A DNA stretch of 64,000 nt from an uncultured Thermoleophilia bacterium (GTDB taxonomy: Bacteria > Actinomycetota > Thermoleophilia > UBA2241). Location: the NCBI GenBank assembly GCA_963715985.1, contig CAVQSP010000011.1, positions 32,001-96,000 of the forward strand, given 5' to 3'. Both the position numbers and the translations under genes were made by a program. Below are positions 34,103-50,150 of the stretch, one piece after another. Under the pieces are notes generated by a model. The model did no database searches. It saw only the letters and a list, made by a program, of their open reading frames with translations, and had not been told where the DNA came from. Positions within the stretch are counted from its first letter, which is position 1. Every line of letters starts with the position of its first letter.

Positions 34103-34913
34103 GGAGCCGATCCAGGTCGAGCTCCCACGTGGCGAGGTCGGCGAGGAGCTCGGGATCCAGAAGGTCGTAGCAAAGCGGCGTCACGGCCACGGCGCCGCCC
34201 GCGACCACGTCGAAATCGGTGTCCGCCCACTCCCCCGCCGTCGGGTGGTCGCACAGCACCGGGTACTCACGCACCGTTTCGGCCTCGCCGGCAGGCGGAG
34301 CCGGCCCGGCGCCGTGCTCGCCGAGGACCACGTAGTCGTAGCAGCTGGCGCCGCCGAGGCGTGCAGGATGGATCCCGGTGAACTCCGCCAGCGGTAGGTC
34401 GGGGAAGTTCACGTTGAGGATGCTGTGCAGGGGCAGACCGCGCGCGATCACGTGTTCCACGACGGCGCGGATGACCGGCGCAGCCTCCGGCAGCCAGCGC
34501 GGGGTCTCGCTCTCGACCGAGAAGGCGAGCGCGGGAAACCCGCGCAGAGCCGCCTCGAAGGCGGCGCCGACCGTGCCCGAGTAGGTCACGTCCGCCCCCA
34601 TGTTGGAGCCGGCGTTGACGCCCGACACGACGAGCCCGGGCACGGGGCAGCGTACGCCCAGCAGCGCGACCCGCACGCAGTCCGAGGGCGTACCGTCACA
34701 GGCGAGACCCGGCCAGCCCTCGCCGAACCGCTCCGCCCGCACGTGGAGCGGCCGGTGGATGGTGATGCCACGGGCCACCGCGCTGGCGTTGTGGTCGGGC
34801 GCGAGCGTCGTGATCTCCCCGAGGCCGTCCAAGGCGCTGCGCAACACGGCCAGCCCGGGGGCGTGGAGTCCGTCGTCGTTGGTGAGGAGGATCTGCAGGG
34901 TCACGACCCTCAT
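34095..34913 (-). CDS. surE: 5'/3'-nucleotidase SurE; start may be GTG 34904
   Basis: ILLTNDDG, GTPSDCV, VSGVNAGSNMG and YSGTVGAA. Confidence 0.93.
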
Positions 34914-35055
34914 TGTAGCCGACGAGGTCTCCCGTCACCCTGCACGCGAGGCCCCCGGCCCGGTACTCTGCGCAGGAGACGCATGTTCGCGCGGACGGCA
35001 GGAGAAGGCCACGGTCCGTCGTAGGAGTGCCGAGGCAAGGTAGCGAAGGAGCCGG

Positions 35056-35958
<903 letters not shown>

Positions 35959-35970
35959 GCCGGAGCCGCC

Positions 35971-37278
35971 TCAGCCGGTGAAGCTCACCTTGGGCAGCCG
36001 CGTATCGGCGCGCGCGTAGAGCTCGCCGCAGAACAGCTCCACGCCGTTGCGAGCCAGGGTGCGCGCCTGGTCGCGGGTGCGCACGCCGGTGGCGATGAGC
36101 TGCGCACCCGCACGGTCGCTGAAGCGCACCAGCAGCTGCACCACGTCCACAGCCGTGAGCTGCTCGCCCACACCGGCCACCAGCACCGGGTCCAGGCAGA
36201 GGAAATCTGGGCGAGCCTCAGCGATGAGCTCGAGCACCGTGAACTGCGCCCCGAGCCCCGCCAGGCAGAGCTGGAAGCCCATCTCGCGCACGTCGGCGAG
36301 CGTGCGCAGGAGCGACGCCGTGTTGGTGGCGAGCTCATCGGCGTCGATCTCGAACACTACGTGCTGCGGCACGAGCGTGCGGTTGAGCGAGTAGAACTCG
36401 CTCACGGCCACCACCGCCGCGCTGGGCAACTCGGCGGCGGCGCAGCCCACGAAGAGAAGGTCGTCGGGGCGCAGCCCGGCGGCCGCCCCCACCGTCGCCT
36501 CGCGGGCGGCGATGCCGTAGGCGTCCAGGAAGCTCGAGCGGCGCGCCACGTCCAGCAGCACGTCGGGGAGGCGCAGCGGCGAGTAGAAGGGACCGCGCAC
36601 GCTGCTGCGATACCCGATCACGTCACCGGCGCCCGGATCCACCACCGGCTCGAAGAGCGGTTCAAGCTCGCCGTCCTCCACACACCCGGCGAGCGTGCGG
36701 TGCAGCTCGTCGTCGTAGGCGGCAGCGCTGCCGGCAGCCGCCTGCATGGCCAGCGCCAGGCCGGTCTGCAGGTTCTGCTCGAACGTGAGGTCCGCGTCGG
36801 CGCTCAGCACCGCTGCGCCCACGGCAGGGTGCACGCGGTCGTACACGCCGGGGGCGAGGTCGTTGAGAAGCAGCGACTGCAGGCGCTCGTACACGCGGCG
36901 CGTGACGGCCGCCAGGTCCTCGTCGGCGATGAAGTCCGCCGCACGAGGCGGCGAGAGCAGCACGATGAAGGCGTCGTCTGTGAGCGTGAAGTCGCTGACG
37001 ACGTCCAGGCGCCGGAGCGTGCTGCCGACCATGCTCTCGAGATTGGCGGCCACGGCGTCGAGGATGTCGGCGACGATGTGCCAGCCGAAGATGGGCTCCA
37101 GACGCCCGTAGCGGTCGAGGCTGACGTAGAGGATCGCCACGGTGCCGCGACTCTCCAGTTCCAGGCGGATGGAATCGGCGACCAGGTTGAGCGACGGCAG
37201 CCGGCTGGGGCCGTCGCTCACGAGGCTGCGCAACGTGGTGCGCGCCTTGCGCAGTGAGTCGTCGCTCGGTCGCTGCAC
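35971..37278 (-). CDS. degenerate GGDEF/EAL domain protein
   Basis: GGAGG RBS before GTG 37278; LEPLFEPVVD, VVFEI, PDFLCLD and LIATGVRT follow the EAL fold but lack catalytic residues. Confidence 0.7.
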   Translation of the reverse strand: MQRPSDDSLRKARTTLRSLVSDGPSRLPSLNLVADSIRLELESRGTVAILYVSLDRYGRLEPIFGWHIVADILDAVAANLESMVGSTLRRLDVVSDFTLTDDAFIVLLSPPRAADFIADEDLAAVTRRVYERLQSLLLNDLAPGVYDRVHPAVGAAVLSADADLTFEQNLQTGLALAMQAAAGSAAAYDDELHRTLAGCVEDGELEPLFEPVVDPGAGDVIGYRSSVRGPFYSPLRLPDVLLDVARRSSFLDAYGIAAREATVGAAAGLRPDDLLFVGCAAAELPSAAVVAVSEFYSLNRTLVPQHVVFEIDADELATNTASLLRTLADVREMGFQLCLAGLGAQFTVLELIAEARPDFLCLDPVLVAGVGEQLTAVDVVQLLVRFSDRAGAQLIATGVRTRDQARTLARNGVELFCGELYARADTRLPKVSFTG

Positions 37279-37303
37279 GCTGCCCCCTCCCCTCGCCCGC
37301 GCC

Positions 37304-37657
37304 TCAAGTGGCCTTCTGCTTCTCCTTGGCCTTGCCGCCCGCCGGGGCAGCCTTGCCCGCCGCGCCGTCGCTCTCGGCGTCGCCGCCGGTGCCGGCCGAG
37401 TCGCTCGAGGAGGAGCCGGACGACGCCGGGTCGCTCGAGCTGGAGGAGTCGTCGCCACCGGCGCTGCGGCGGCCGGAGCCTTTGCCGTAGTCCGTGGTGT
37501 AGAAGCCGGAACCCTTGAAGTGGATGGCCACCGGGTGAAGTACCTTGCGCAGGTGGCCGCCGCACTTCTCGCACGTCACGAGAGGATCGTCGCTCATTCT
37601 CTGAAGGACCTCGAACGAGGTCTCACAGTCGTCACAGCGATACTCGTAGATGGGCAC
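37304..37657 (-). CDS. FmdB-family zinc ribbon protein
   Basis: PIYEYRCDDC...CEKCGG...FKGSGFYTTDY. Confidence 0.92.
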   Translation of the reverse strand: MPIYEYRCDDCETSFEVLQRMSDDPLVTCEKCGGHLRKVLHPVAIHFKGSGFYTTDYGKGSGRRSAGGDDSSSSSDPASSGSSSSDSAGTGGDAESDGAAGKAAPAGGKAKEKQKAT

Positions 37658-37741
37658 GCAGGAGGCTCCTTTGCGTGATCGGAAGAGGGTCAGTCTAGCA
37701 CAGCGCCGGCGGTGGGCCGCCGCGGGTGGCGGCGCCCGGCG

Positions 37742-38437
37742 CTACGGGGCAAACGGAGCCAGGTGTCCCGCGATGATGCGCGCGGGGCGCCAGGCCCGCA
37801 AGCGCTGCCACGACGCGAGGAGCTCGGCCGCGGCCGGACCGGCGGGCGCCATGGCATCGAACTCGGCCCGTCCGGGGCCGACGGTGTCTCCGCACAGGAC
37901 CACGGGGCCGTCCGCCGTTTGTACGCAGAGGCTGATGTGCCCCTCGCAGTGCCCCGGAGTCCGCGCCCAGGCCACGCCCGGGGCAAGTTCGCCCTCCTCG
38001 CCGTCCAGGAGCTCAAGCGGAAGCGCCTCGAGAAGGCCGCCGACAAGGAGCCAGTGCGGCGCCTGCGCCTCGAGCGCGTGGACCGTTACCGGCGCCATGA
38101 GGTCGGCGCACGCCCCCGCGTGATCCAGGTGGGCGTGCGTGAGCACGATCAGGTCCACGTCCGCCGGCGCAAGGCCGCGCGCGGCCAGGGCCCGCACGAC
38201 GGGCTCGTTCTGCAGGGGCAGCCCCGGGTCCACGACGATGGTCTTCTCGCCGCGCAGCAGCACCGTGTTGGGGAAGGTGGTCATCCCCACCACCGGTTGC
38301 TCGTCGCGCAGCCGTCGATACTCGACGAACGCCTCAGGAGAGCGGAACTCGGGCAGTACCGCCACGCGCCCGTCTCCGACGCTGAAGACGAAGCGGGCCG
38401 TGGGAATGAGGACATCGACCGTGTACACAGGGGACAC
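37742..38437 (-). CDS. MBL-fold metallo-hydrolase
   Basis: THAHLDHAG, TPGHCEGH, LCGD and IAGH. Confidence 0.88.
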   Translation of the reverse strand: MSPVYTVDVLIPTARFVFSVGDGRVAVLPEFRSPEAFVEYRRLRDEQPVVGMTTFPNTVLLRGEKTIVVDPGLPLQNEPVVRALAARGLAPADVDLIVLTHAHLDHAGACADLMAPVTVHALEAQAPHWLLVGGLLEALPLELLDGEEGELAPGVAWARTPGHCEGHISLCVQTADGPVVLCGDTVGPGRAEFDAMAPAGPAAAELLASWQRLRAWRPARIIAGHLAPFAP

Positions 38438-38452
38438 AGGAGGCAGCGCGCG

Positions 38453-38776
38453 TCACGCGGACGCCGGCGCCGCCTCCTCCTCCTCGTCCCGCCCGTACAG
38501 GAAGTCGACCTTGTCCATGTTGAGCAGCACGAACGGGGCCGTGTCGATGAGCTCCTGGGTGGTCTTGTGGTAGATGCGGACCCTGGACAGGGTCAGGCGC
38601 GCATCGTTGAAGGAGCGGATGTAGTCCGACGCGCGCCGCGAGCTGGCGCGGGCTCCCACCCCGAAGTGCGCCATGCCGACGATGCGGAACTCGCCGATGT
38701 ACGCGACGATCTCGATCTCCTTGAACCCCGTATCGAAGTGCGGGGTCGCGCGCTCGGTGCCAAGCTCTCCGTCCAT
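38453..38776 (-). CDS. conserved hypothetical protein
   Basis: GGAGGAG RBS, typical codon usage, RASDYIRSF...FVLLNMDKV; operon-like position. Confidence 0.7.
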   Translation of the reverse strand: MDGELGTERATPHFDTGFKEIEIVAYIGEFRIVGMAHFGVGARASSRRASDYIRSFNDARLTLSRVRIYHKTTQELIDTAPFVLLNMDKVDFLYGRDEEEEAAPASA

Positions 38777-39010
38777 CTACTCCTCCCCGGCCGATCCGCG
38801 GGCCGGCCGCAGCTCCGCCTCGGCGGAGGTGGGGCCGGCTTGTGAGCATGGTGTACCCGCAAACGCGGCCCGCGAGCCGCGACCGGGGCGCAACGTGAGA
38901 CGCAGGCGCGTGAGCGCCGCGCGCCGCGACTCGCCGTGCCGCGGAGCCAACAGGACGCCGAGCGCCGCGCTCACAGCGCTGCCGTAGATGAGGGTCGTGC
39001 GTGCGCGCAT
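38777..39010 (-). CDS. small YtxH-like membrane protein
   Basis: AALGVLLAPRHGE segment; abuts neighbouring genes. Confidence 0.45.
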   Translation of the reverse strand: MRARTTLIYGSAVSAALGVLLAPRHGESRRAALTRLRLTLRPGRGSRAAFAGTPCSQAGPTSAEAELRPARGSAGEE

Positions 39011-39022
39011 CTCGTCCCGACT

Positions 39023-41452
<2,430 letters not shown>

Positions 41453-41522
41453 GGATACCTGACCTGTGGTCCGCGAATTGGAGGGGTGAGCTTTGGAGGG
41501 TGGCGGGCCGGCCCCGGAGGGG

Positions 41523-41930
41523 TCAGACCCGCCGACGGCGGTGACCGAGGTGGACGATCTCCCCGTGGTGCACCGGCACGAGATCGAGACGGTGCGAGCG
41601 CTCGATGCGCTCGACCTCGCGGCGCATGGCGAGGGCCGCCTCGTCGAGGCGGGCGTGCAGGAGCCGCAGCTCGGCGGCCATGGCGTCCATCTGCTCTTCC
41701 ATGGCCAGCACGCGCTCGACGCCGGCCAGGTTGAGGCCGAGCTCGGTGAGCGCCTGGATGCGGCGCAGCCGATCGACGTCGCGCTGCGAGTACCGGCGCG
41801 TGTTCTTGGCCGTGCGCTGCGGCCGCAGCAGGCCGCGCCGCTCGTACATGCGCAGCGTCTGCGGGTGCATGCCGGCGAGCTCGGCGGCCACCGAGATCAT
41901 GAACAGGGCTCTCTCGTCGTCAGTGAGCAC
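41523..41930 (-). CDS. hspR: heat-shock repressor HspR (MerR family)
   Basis: [23 protein letters not shown]...RRYS...GLNLAGV, directly after dnaJ. Confidence 0.92.
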   Translation of the reverse strand: MLTDDERALFMISVAAELAGMHPQTLRMYERRGLLRPQRTAKNTRRYSQRDVDRLRRIQALTELGLNLAGVERVLAMEEQMDAMAAELRLLHARLDEAALAMRREVERIERSHRLDLVPVHHGEIVHLGHRRRRV

Positions 41931-41939
41931 GGCTCACCC

Positions 41940-43065
41940 TCAACTGAGCACCGTCGCGCGCGGGTCCGGCAGCGTGGCGCCCAGCTTCTCGAAGAGCTGC
42001 TTCTGTTCTTTGGTGAGCTTCTCCGGCACCTGCACGTGGAGCTTGACGTGCAGGTCGCCCTGCCCGCCCTTGAGCTTGGGGGCGCCCTTGCCGCGCAGGC
42101 GCATCGTGCGCCCGTCCTGGCTGCCCGCGGGGACTTTGAGAGACACGTGCCCGCCGCCCGGCGTGGGGATGCGGATGCTCGTGCCCAGCGCGGCCTCGCT
42201 GATGGTCACCGGTACTTCGATCAAGATGGTGTCGCCGCGGCGCTCGAACAGGTCGTCGGGCTCCACGTGCACGCGCACGAACAGGTCGCCGGCCGGTCCG
42301 CCGCGCATGCCGGCCTCGCCCTTGCCTTTGATGCGGATCTTGCTGCCGTCCTTGACGCCGGCGGGGATCTTGACCGCGTAGCGCTTGGTGGCGTGCTGCA
42401 CGCCGGTGCCGCCGCAGGCCGGGCAGCCCTCCTCGATGATGGTGCCGTTGCCGTGGCAGCGCGGGCAGGTCTGCGGCATCGCGAAATCCGCCGAGGTTGC
42501 GCGACACCGAGCCGCGGCCCTGGCACTCGGGGCACACCTTGGGCGAGGTGCCCGGTTTTGCGCCCGTGCCGTGGCAGGTGGCGCAGGTGTCCGGCTTGTC
42601 GACGGGCACGCGCACGGTGACGCCGTGCAGCGAGTCGTCGAACGACACGGTGACGTCCACCTGGAGGTCGTCCCCGCGCTCCGCCCTGCGGCGGCCGCGG
42701 CCGCCGCCGGCGGCGCCGCCGAAGAGGTTGCCGAGGATGTCGCCGAGGTCGCCCATGTCGAACTGCACGTTGCCCTGACCGTACATGCTCGGGTCGAACC
42801 CCCGGTAGCCGCCGGCGCCGGGCCGGAAGCCGCCGGCGCCCGGGCCGAAGGCCCCCAGCCGGCTCAGCTCGTCGTACTGCTTGCGCTTGTCCGCGTCGGA
42901 GAGCGTCTCGTACGCCTCGCTGACCTCCTTGAACTTCTCCTCCGCGGCCTTGTCGCCGGGGTGCCTGTCCGGATGGTAGTCGCGGGCGAGCTTGCGGAAG
43001 GCCTTCTTGATCTCGTCCTGGGAGGCGTTCTTGGGAACGCCCAGCGTCTGGTAGAAGTCGCCCAT
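41940..43065 (-). CDS. dnaJ: chaperone DnaJ; 1-nt frameshift near 42485
   Basis: HPD J-domain, G/F region and four CxxCxGxG repeats split over two frames. Confidence 0.93.
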
Positions 43066-43066
43066 C

Positions 43067-43648
43067 TCAGCTCGACACGATGACCTTGGCCGGACGCAGC
43101 AGCCTGCCGTGGAGCAGGTAGCCGCGCTCCAGGACCTGGAGGACAGTGCCCTCCTCGTGCTCCTCCGAGGCCTGCGTCATGACGGCCTCGTGGATGGTGG
43201 GGTCGAAGAGCGCGCCGGGCTCGACCGGGACCTCCTGCAGGCCGTGGCCCTCGAGGGTGGCCCGCAGCTGGCCCGCCACGAGCTCGAGGCCTGCGATGAG
43301 CTGGCCCTCCTCGTGCCGGGCGCCGGCGTCCAGGGCGCGGCCCATGTTGTCCATGACCGGCAGCAAGGACTCCACGACGGCTTCGGCGGCACGCAGGCGC
43401 AGCTGCTCCGCGTCGCGCTGCGTGCGCTTGCGGTAGTTGTCGAACTCCGCCTGCAGGCGGCGCAGGTGGTCGAGGTACGAGTCGCAATCCGCGGCGAGCC
43501 TGGCGAGCTCCTCGTTGGCGGCGACCGCGTCCTCGGCCGCCGGGGCGGCCTCCTCGACCTCGACCTGCTCGGCCTTCTCCAGCGGGATCGTCTTCGCGCG
43601 CTCGCTCCTGCGCTTGCCGTCGTCTTTGGGGTGCTTCCTGTCCGTCAT
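43067..43648 (-). CDS. grpE: nucleotide exchange factor GrpE
   Basis: [20 protein letters not shown] and [14 protein letters not shown]. Confidence 0.95.
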   Translation of the reverse strand: MTDRKHPKDDGKRRSERAKTIPLEKAEQVEVEEAAPAAEDAVAANEELARLAADCDSYLDHLRRLQAEFDNYRKRTQRDAEQLRLRAAEAVVESLLPVMDNMGRALDAGARHEEGQLIAGLELVAGQLRATLEGHGLQEVPVEPGALFDPTIHEAVMTQASEEHEEGTVLQVLERGYLLHGRLLRPAKVIVSS

Positions 43649-43757
43649 GTCCTTCGTGTTCTCCTGTCTCACGCCGGCTCCGGCCGGCCGCACCCGCACA
43701 CCCGGCGCGGCCGCGGCGCGGCGGCATACCGCCGCGCCGGGCCAGTCCCTATCGTCC

Positions 43758-44213
43758 TCAGTCCTCGGCCTTCTTGGCCTCGACCGTCTTCTTGGCCTTG
43801 ACCTCGATACGCTTGGGCTTCTCCTCCTCGACCTTCGGCACGGTGACCGTGAGGATGCCGTCCTCGTAGGCGGCCGAGATGTCCTCGGGCTTCACGCCCT
43901 GGGGCAGCGCCAGGTTGCGCTGGAAGCTGCCGAAGCGGCGCTCCACGCGGTAGTACCGCTCCTCATCCACCGTCTCCTCGAACTTGCGCTCGCCCTTGAT
44001 GGTGAGGACGTTGTCCTCGACCTCGATCTGGATCTCGTCGGGGTCCATGCCGGCAAGCTCGGCCTTGAGGACGACGGAGTCCTTCGTGTCGAAGACGTCC
44101 ACCGCCGGCAGCCAGCTCTCCTGGCGCCCGCTCCAGACCTGGTCGACGAGCCTGTTGAACTGGTTCTGGACCTGCGTCATGTCGCGGAACGGGTCCCATC
44201 TGATGATCGCCAT
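43758..44213 (-). CDS. Hsp20/alpha-crystallin small heat shock protein
   Basis: RWDPF, PAVDV, LTIKGER, ERRFGSFQR and YEDGILTV; GGAGG RBS. Confidence 0.95.
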   Translation of the reverse strand: MAIIRWDPFRDMTQVQNQFNRLVDQVWSGRQESWLPAVDVFDTKDSVVLKAELAGMDPDEIQIEVEDNVLTIKGERKFEETVDEERYYRVERRFGSFQRNLALPQGVKPEDISAAYEDGILTVTVPKVEEEKPKRIEVKAKKTVEAKKAED

Positions 44214-44290
44214 GCTAGACACCTCCTCGTGTGCCTACGGTGTGGGCGGGCGGGGTTGGCGAAAGCCGCCGCCCGCCGTGACTCCCGTGG

Positions 44291-46201
<1,911 letters not shown>

Positions 46202-46236
46202 GAAGTTCCTCCTTGCAGGGTTACGCTGCGCTGAAG

Positions 46237-46270
46237 CATAAAAGTTGAGTCGATTACTGTCAACTTTATG
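46237..46270. promoter_or_regulatory. HAIR-like HspR operator
   Basis: GTTGAGT-CGATTAC-TGTCAAC resembles CTTGAGT-N7-ACTCAAG and sits in a longer inverted repeat upstream of dnaK. Confidence 0.8.
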
Positions 46271-46404
46271 CCCCGGTCACCGACTGCCAAAACCCGCCCC
46301 GCGCATCCACCTCCGGCAGGCTTGCGCGCCTTCGCGCCGCACGTGACCGCGGAGGTGATCACGCCGGATGGCCGCACAGCCAGAGCGCCCCAGGAAGGAT
46401 CCAC

Positions 46405-47516
46405 GTGCCCCGCTGGGTGCAGCTCGGGGTGCTGCCCGCGCTGCTCGTCATCGGCTGGTTCGTGCTGGGGGCGATAGGCCAGGTCATCTTCATCTTCCTC
46501 GTCGCCGGCCTCATCGCCCTGGTGCTCAATCCCCTTGTTCACGGCCTCGAGCACGCCCACGTCCCCCGCTACGTGGGCGTCTTCCTGGTCGTACGCAGGG
46601 TTCGTCGCTGTCGTCGTGGTCATCGCCGCGCTGGTGTGGCCGCCGGTGGTGGAGCAGCTGCGCAACCTCTCCGCGGCTCTCCTCGGCATGGCCGATCAGG
46701 CCGGCGACACCGTCACACGTCTGCAGCAGCTCTCCGACAGGCGCCGGCCTCGCCATCGACGTGCGCCGGCAGCTGCGCGCGACGCTCACGGCCGTGGCCG
46801 ACCACGTGCCGCAGTCCACCTCGAGCATGGTGGACGTCGGTGTCACCGTGGTCCGCCAGATCACCTACGGCATCATCATCGTGATCAGCATCTACATGCT
46901 GCTGGACTCCAGGCGCATCGGCCGCTTCGTGGCCCGCCACTTCCCCACGCGCAGCGAGAGCGACGGGGAGCTGTACGTGCGCAGGGCCAGGTTCGCGGTG
47001 GTCGACTACGTGAAGGCGCAGGTCCTGCTCTCCGCCATCATGGGCGCCAGCGTCGGCCTCGCGATGTGGCTGCTCAGCCTGGTCGGGGCGTTCCCCTCCG
47101 GCGGCCGCTACGCGCTGTTCTTCGGCGTCTGGGCCGCCCTCATGGAGGCCATCCCGTACCTGGGTCCGGTGCTGGCCGCCGTCCCTCCCGCGCTGGTCGC
47201 CGTCTTCGACTCCCCGCTCAGCGCCCTGTGCGTGATCATCACCTTCATCCTCATCCAGGAGGTCGAGGGCCACATCCTCATCCCGGTCATCATGGGCGGC
47301 CGCTTCCGCGTGCACCCGCTGGTCGTGATCTTCGCCATCCTCGCCGGCGGCGAGATCCACGGCATCACGGGCATGCTGATCGCCATCCCCCTCATCCGGC
47401 TGATCAAGGAGACCATCGTCTTTCTGCGCCCGCGCCTGACCTTCGGAGGCTGGTGCGCCGCGGTCGCGGGCAAGCCTGAGGAGCACCCGCCGGAGCCCCC
47501 CGTCGCTCAGGACTGA
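46405..47516 (+). CDS. AI-2E family transporter, frameshifts near 46590 and 46740
   Basis: ALVLNPLV, YVKAQV, IPYLGP, QEVEGHILIPVIMG and HPLVVIFA. Confidence 0.85.
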
Positions 47517-47947
47517 CTGACTGCCGCCGGACCTGCCGACCGGACCCAACGGCGAAGTCTGTTCTCTCGCGCGCGCGTAGGCTAACCTCCCACGCAAGGG
47601 CCGCACACACGATCATGACCGGGCGTCAACACATTTCTTTATGATTGCTAACGCCCACAGAATCGTGTATATCTGCACAAGCCCTGCATACCCCCTCGGG
47701 TGTGCAGGGCACGCGTCATCACAATGGGGAGCCAGGGGACACCAGCAGCGGGGCATCTGAGCGGGCCGCACAGCGGCTCCTCCACAGCTACGCCTCGCGT
47801 GCCCGCCCTCCCATTCTGCGCACGAATGTCGCCGTTCGTTGCCCGGGCTTCGCGCGGCGTGTTCGACAACTGATCCGCCGAGGGGAAGGAGGTGATTCTG
47901 TGAGAGCGGACAAGCGTTCTTCTTCCCCCAAACGCAAGGAGGTGACC

Positions 47948-49738
47948 ATGGCAAAGCGCCTACTGTTCGTCGCGACGATTCTGGCCGCCATCCTTGTGGT
48001 AGCGGCCCCCGCGCTGGCGTTCAACGGTGCCCGTGCCGACTACACGCCGTCCAACGCGTGCAAGATGTGCCACACCGACACACCGTCCATCCCGCAGGTG
48101 TACAACGGGTGGGCTGAGACCAAGCACGCCGAGGCCAACGCCGACGGTCAGAGCACGCGCCTGCCCTACGGCAGCGTGTGCGCCGGCTGTCACACGGCCA
48201 ACTACGCTCCCGGCAAGGTCGTCCCCTCGCCGACGGCGACCGCGAGTGCCGGCGCCACCCCTGGCGCCGTCACGTGGATCGGCACCAACGTCGACCCCGG
48301 TGATCCGCAGTCTCAGAAGGATCAGGACAGCGGCAACTTCGCGGCCTCCGAGCTGGCCGTCGGGTGCTCCTCGTGCCACCAGAGCCAGACGGCCGCCCAC
48401 GCGGTCGGCCAGGCCAATCCGGCCAACATGGCCAACCCCGACATCTGCGGCCAGTGCCACACGCGGTACTCCTACACGGTGGACACGTACACCGTGGCTC
48501 CTCTCCCCTACGTCAAGGTGAGCACGCCGCTTCCGGGCACGCCGATCACGCCGAACCCAGCGCCTACGTCGCTGATCCAGCCGCAGATGGCGATCGGCTT
48601 CTCGCCGATGGGTGACGCGGCCGGTGGCTGGCAGCCGCCAGCGCTGACCACCAACCTCAACATCCCGGAGCCCGGCTGGACGCCGACCCCGAACCCGTCC
48701 GCCACCACGGCCGGCTTCGGCCGTCTCCAGACCTACTGGACGAGCCTGGACGGCGAGATCATGCCGTGGGCACAGACCGCTCACGACGGCAACGCGCAGC
48801 AGTACGCCGAGTGGTACGGCCCCGCCGACAAGCACCGGTTCGCGCTCGAGAACCTCAAGAAGGTCATGGGCCCGAACCCGCCGGCCGAGTGCGTTGAGTG
48901 TCATTCGGCCGACTACATCATCGCGCCTGAGGACGCCAAGCCCACCGGCGAGCAGGCGAGATACGGCATCAGCTGCGTCGGCTGCCACACCCCGCACGAG
49001 AAGGGCACCGCCGAGGGCGTCTGGGAGGAGGACTTCACTCCTCAGCTCCGCTACGACGATGCCGCGACGCTGTGCGCGTCCTGCCACAACGCCTAGCTCG
49101 ACGGCAAGGTCGCCAAGCCGGGCAGCACCGTCCATCATCCGATGAAGGAGATGATGGCGGGCGTCGGCGCTATCAGCGTCATGCAGGGCTCGCCGAGCGT
49201 CCACAAGGGCAAGTGCGTCCAGTGCCACATGCCGCCGACCACCTACAGCCGCGGCAGCGTGCAGCTTGGCGCCAACCACACGTTCAAGATCATCGAGCCG
49301 GAGACGGCCGTCGACGTGAAGCCGATCCCGGTGGCCACGACGACGCCGACGCCCGGCGCTTCGCCGGTCGTGACGATGGCGACGATGCCGTTCTCCGCGT
49401 GCTCCACCTGCCACAGCCGGCCTGGCGACCAGGCGGCCACGTGGCTGCAGCACACGATCGACGATCGTCAGGTAGCCATGCACTCCTGGAACGACCAGGT
49501 CACGGCTGCTCTGACGAAGGCCGCCAAGAGGCTCGGCTTCAAGAGCACCGCGGCTGCCAACACCGCCATCAACAAGAAGCCGATGAAGAAGTGGAGCAAG
49601 GGCCAGATGAGCTTCCAGAAGGCGTTCACCAACCAGTCGTACGTGGTTGCTGAAGGCAGCTGGGGCGTCCACAACTGGGACTACGCGAGGACAGTCATCC
49701 TCACGGCGCTCTCCCAGGCCAATTCGGTTCGCAGGTAA
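47948..49738 (+). CDS. secreted multiheme cytochrome c with 9 CxxCH motifs and an in-frame TAG at 49094-49096
   Basis: AAGGAGGTG RBS and signal peptide. CKMCH, CAGCH, CSSCH, CGQCH, CVECH, CVGCH and CASCH precede the TAG; CVQCH, CSTCH and GSWGVHN follow in the same frame. Confidence 0.85.
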
Positions 49739-49779
49739 GTGATCTGACGCACCTGCCTTCGGGCGGCGCGCGAGTCACC

Positions 49780-49815
49780 GAAAGGGCGGCTCCCCCTCGG
49801 GGGAGCCGCCCTTTC
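49780..49815 (+). terminator. intrinsic terminator
   Basis: GAAAGGGCGGCTCCCC/GGGGAGCCGCCCTTTC hairpin after the cytochrome gene. Confidence 0.75.
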
Positions 49816-50150
49816 ACTTGTGTGGCGCGCGGCCGGGGCGGGCACCGGTGCTTCGCCGTCCGGCTACCGGGCCTGGACGGTCCAAACAGGCCCCACCTCC
49901 ACGTCTCGTCCGTCCGGACGAACGCACATCCTCACGAATCCCGTCGTCCGAGTTGCCGATTCGGCTGCCGAAACGGCAAATACGTTGCCGAACCCTACAC
50001 AATGCCGTGGACGTTCTGTAGACTACCTGCATCCATAGCTGAAGATCGTCCCGCGCCGTCCTGCCTGCACCACGCGGCGGCGCCGTCAGCATCAGGTATC
50101 CCCGCCCTGGCCGCAGGTCAAGGCGGGACGACTGTGAAGGAGCAGCCCAC

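Noticed and set aside
47575-47600. GCTAACCTC as the 3' end of a c-di-AMP (ydaO) riboswitch
   Set aside because: The upstream conserved GCTGAATC and GGGGGAACC/GGGGTGAAT blocks are absent.
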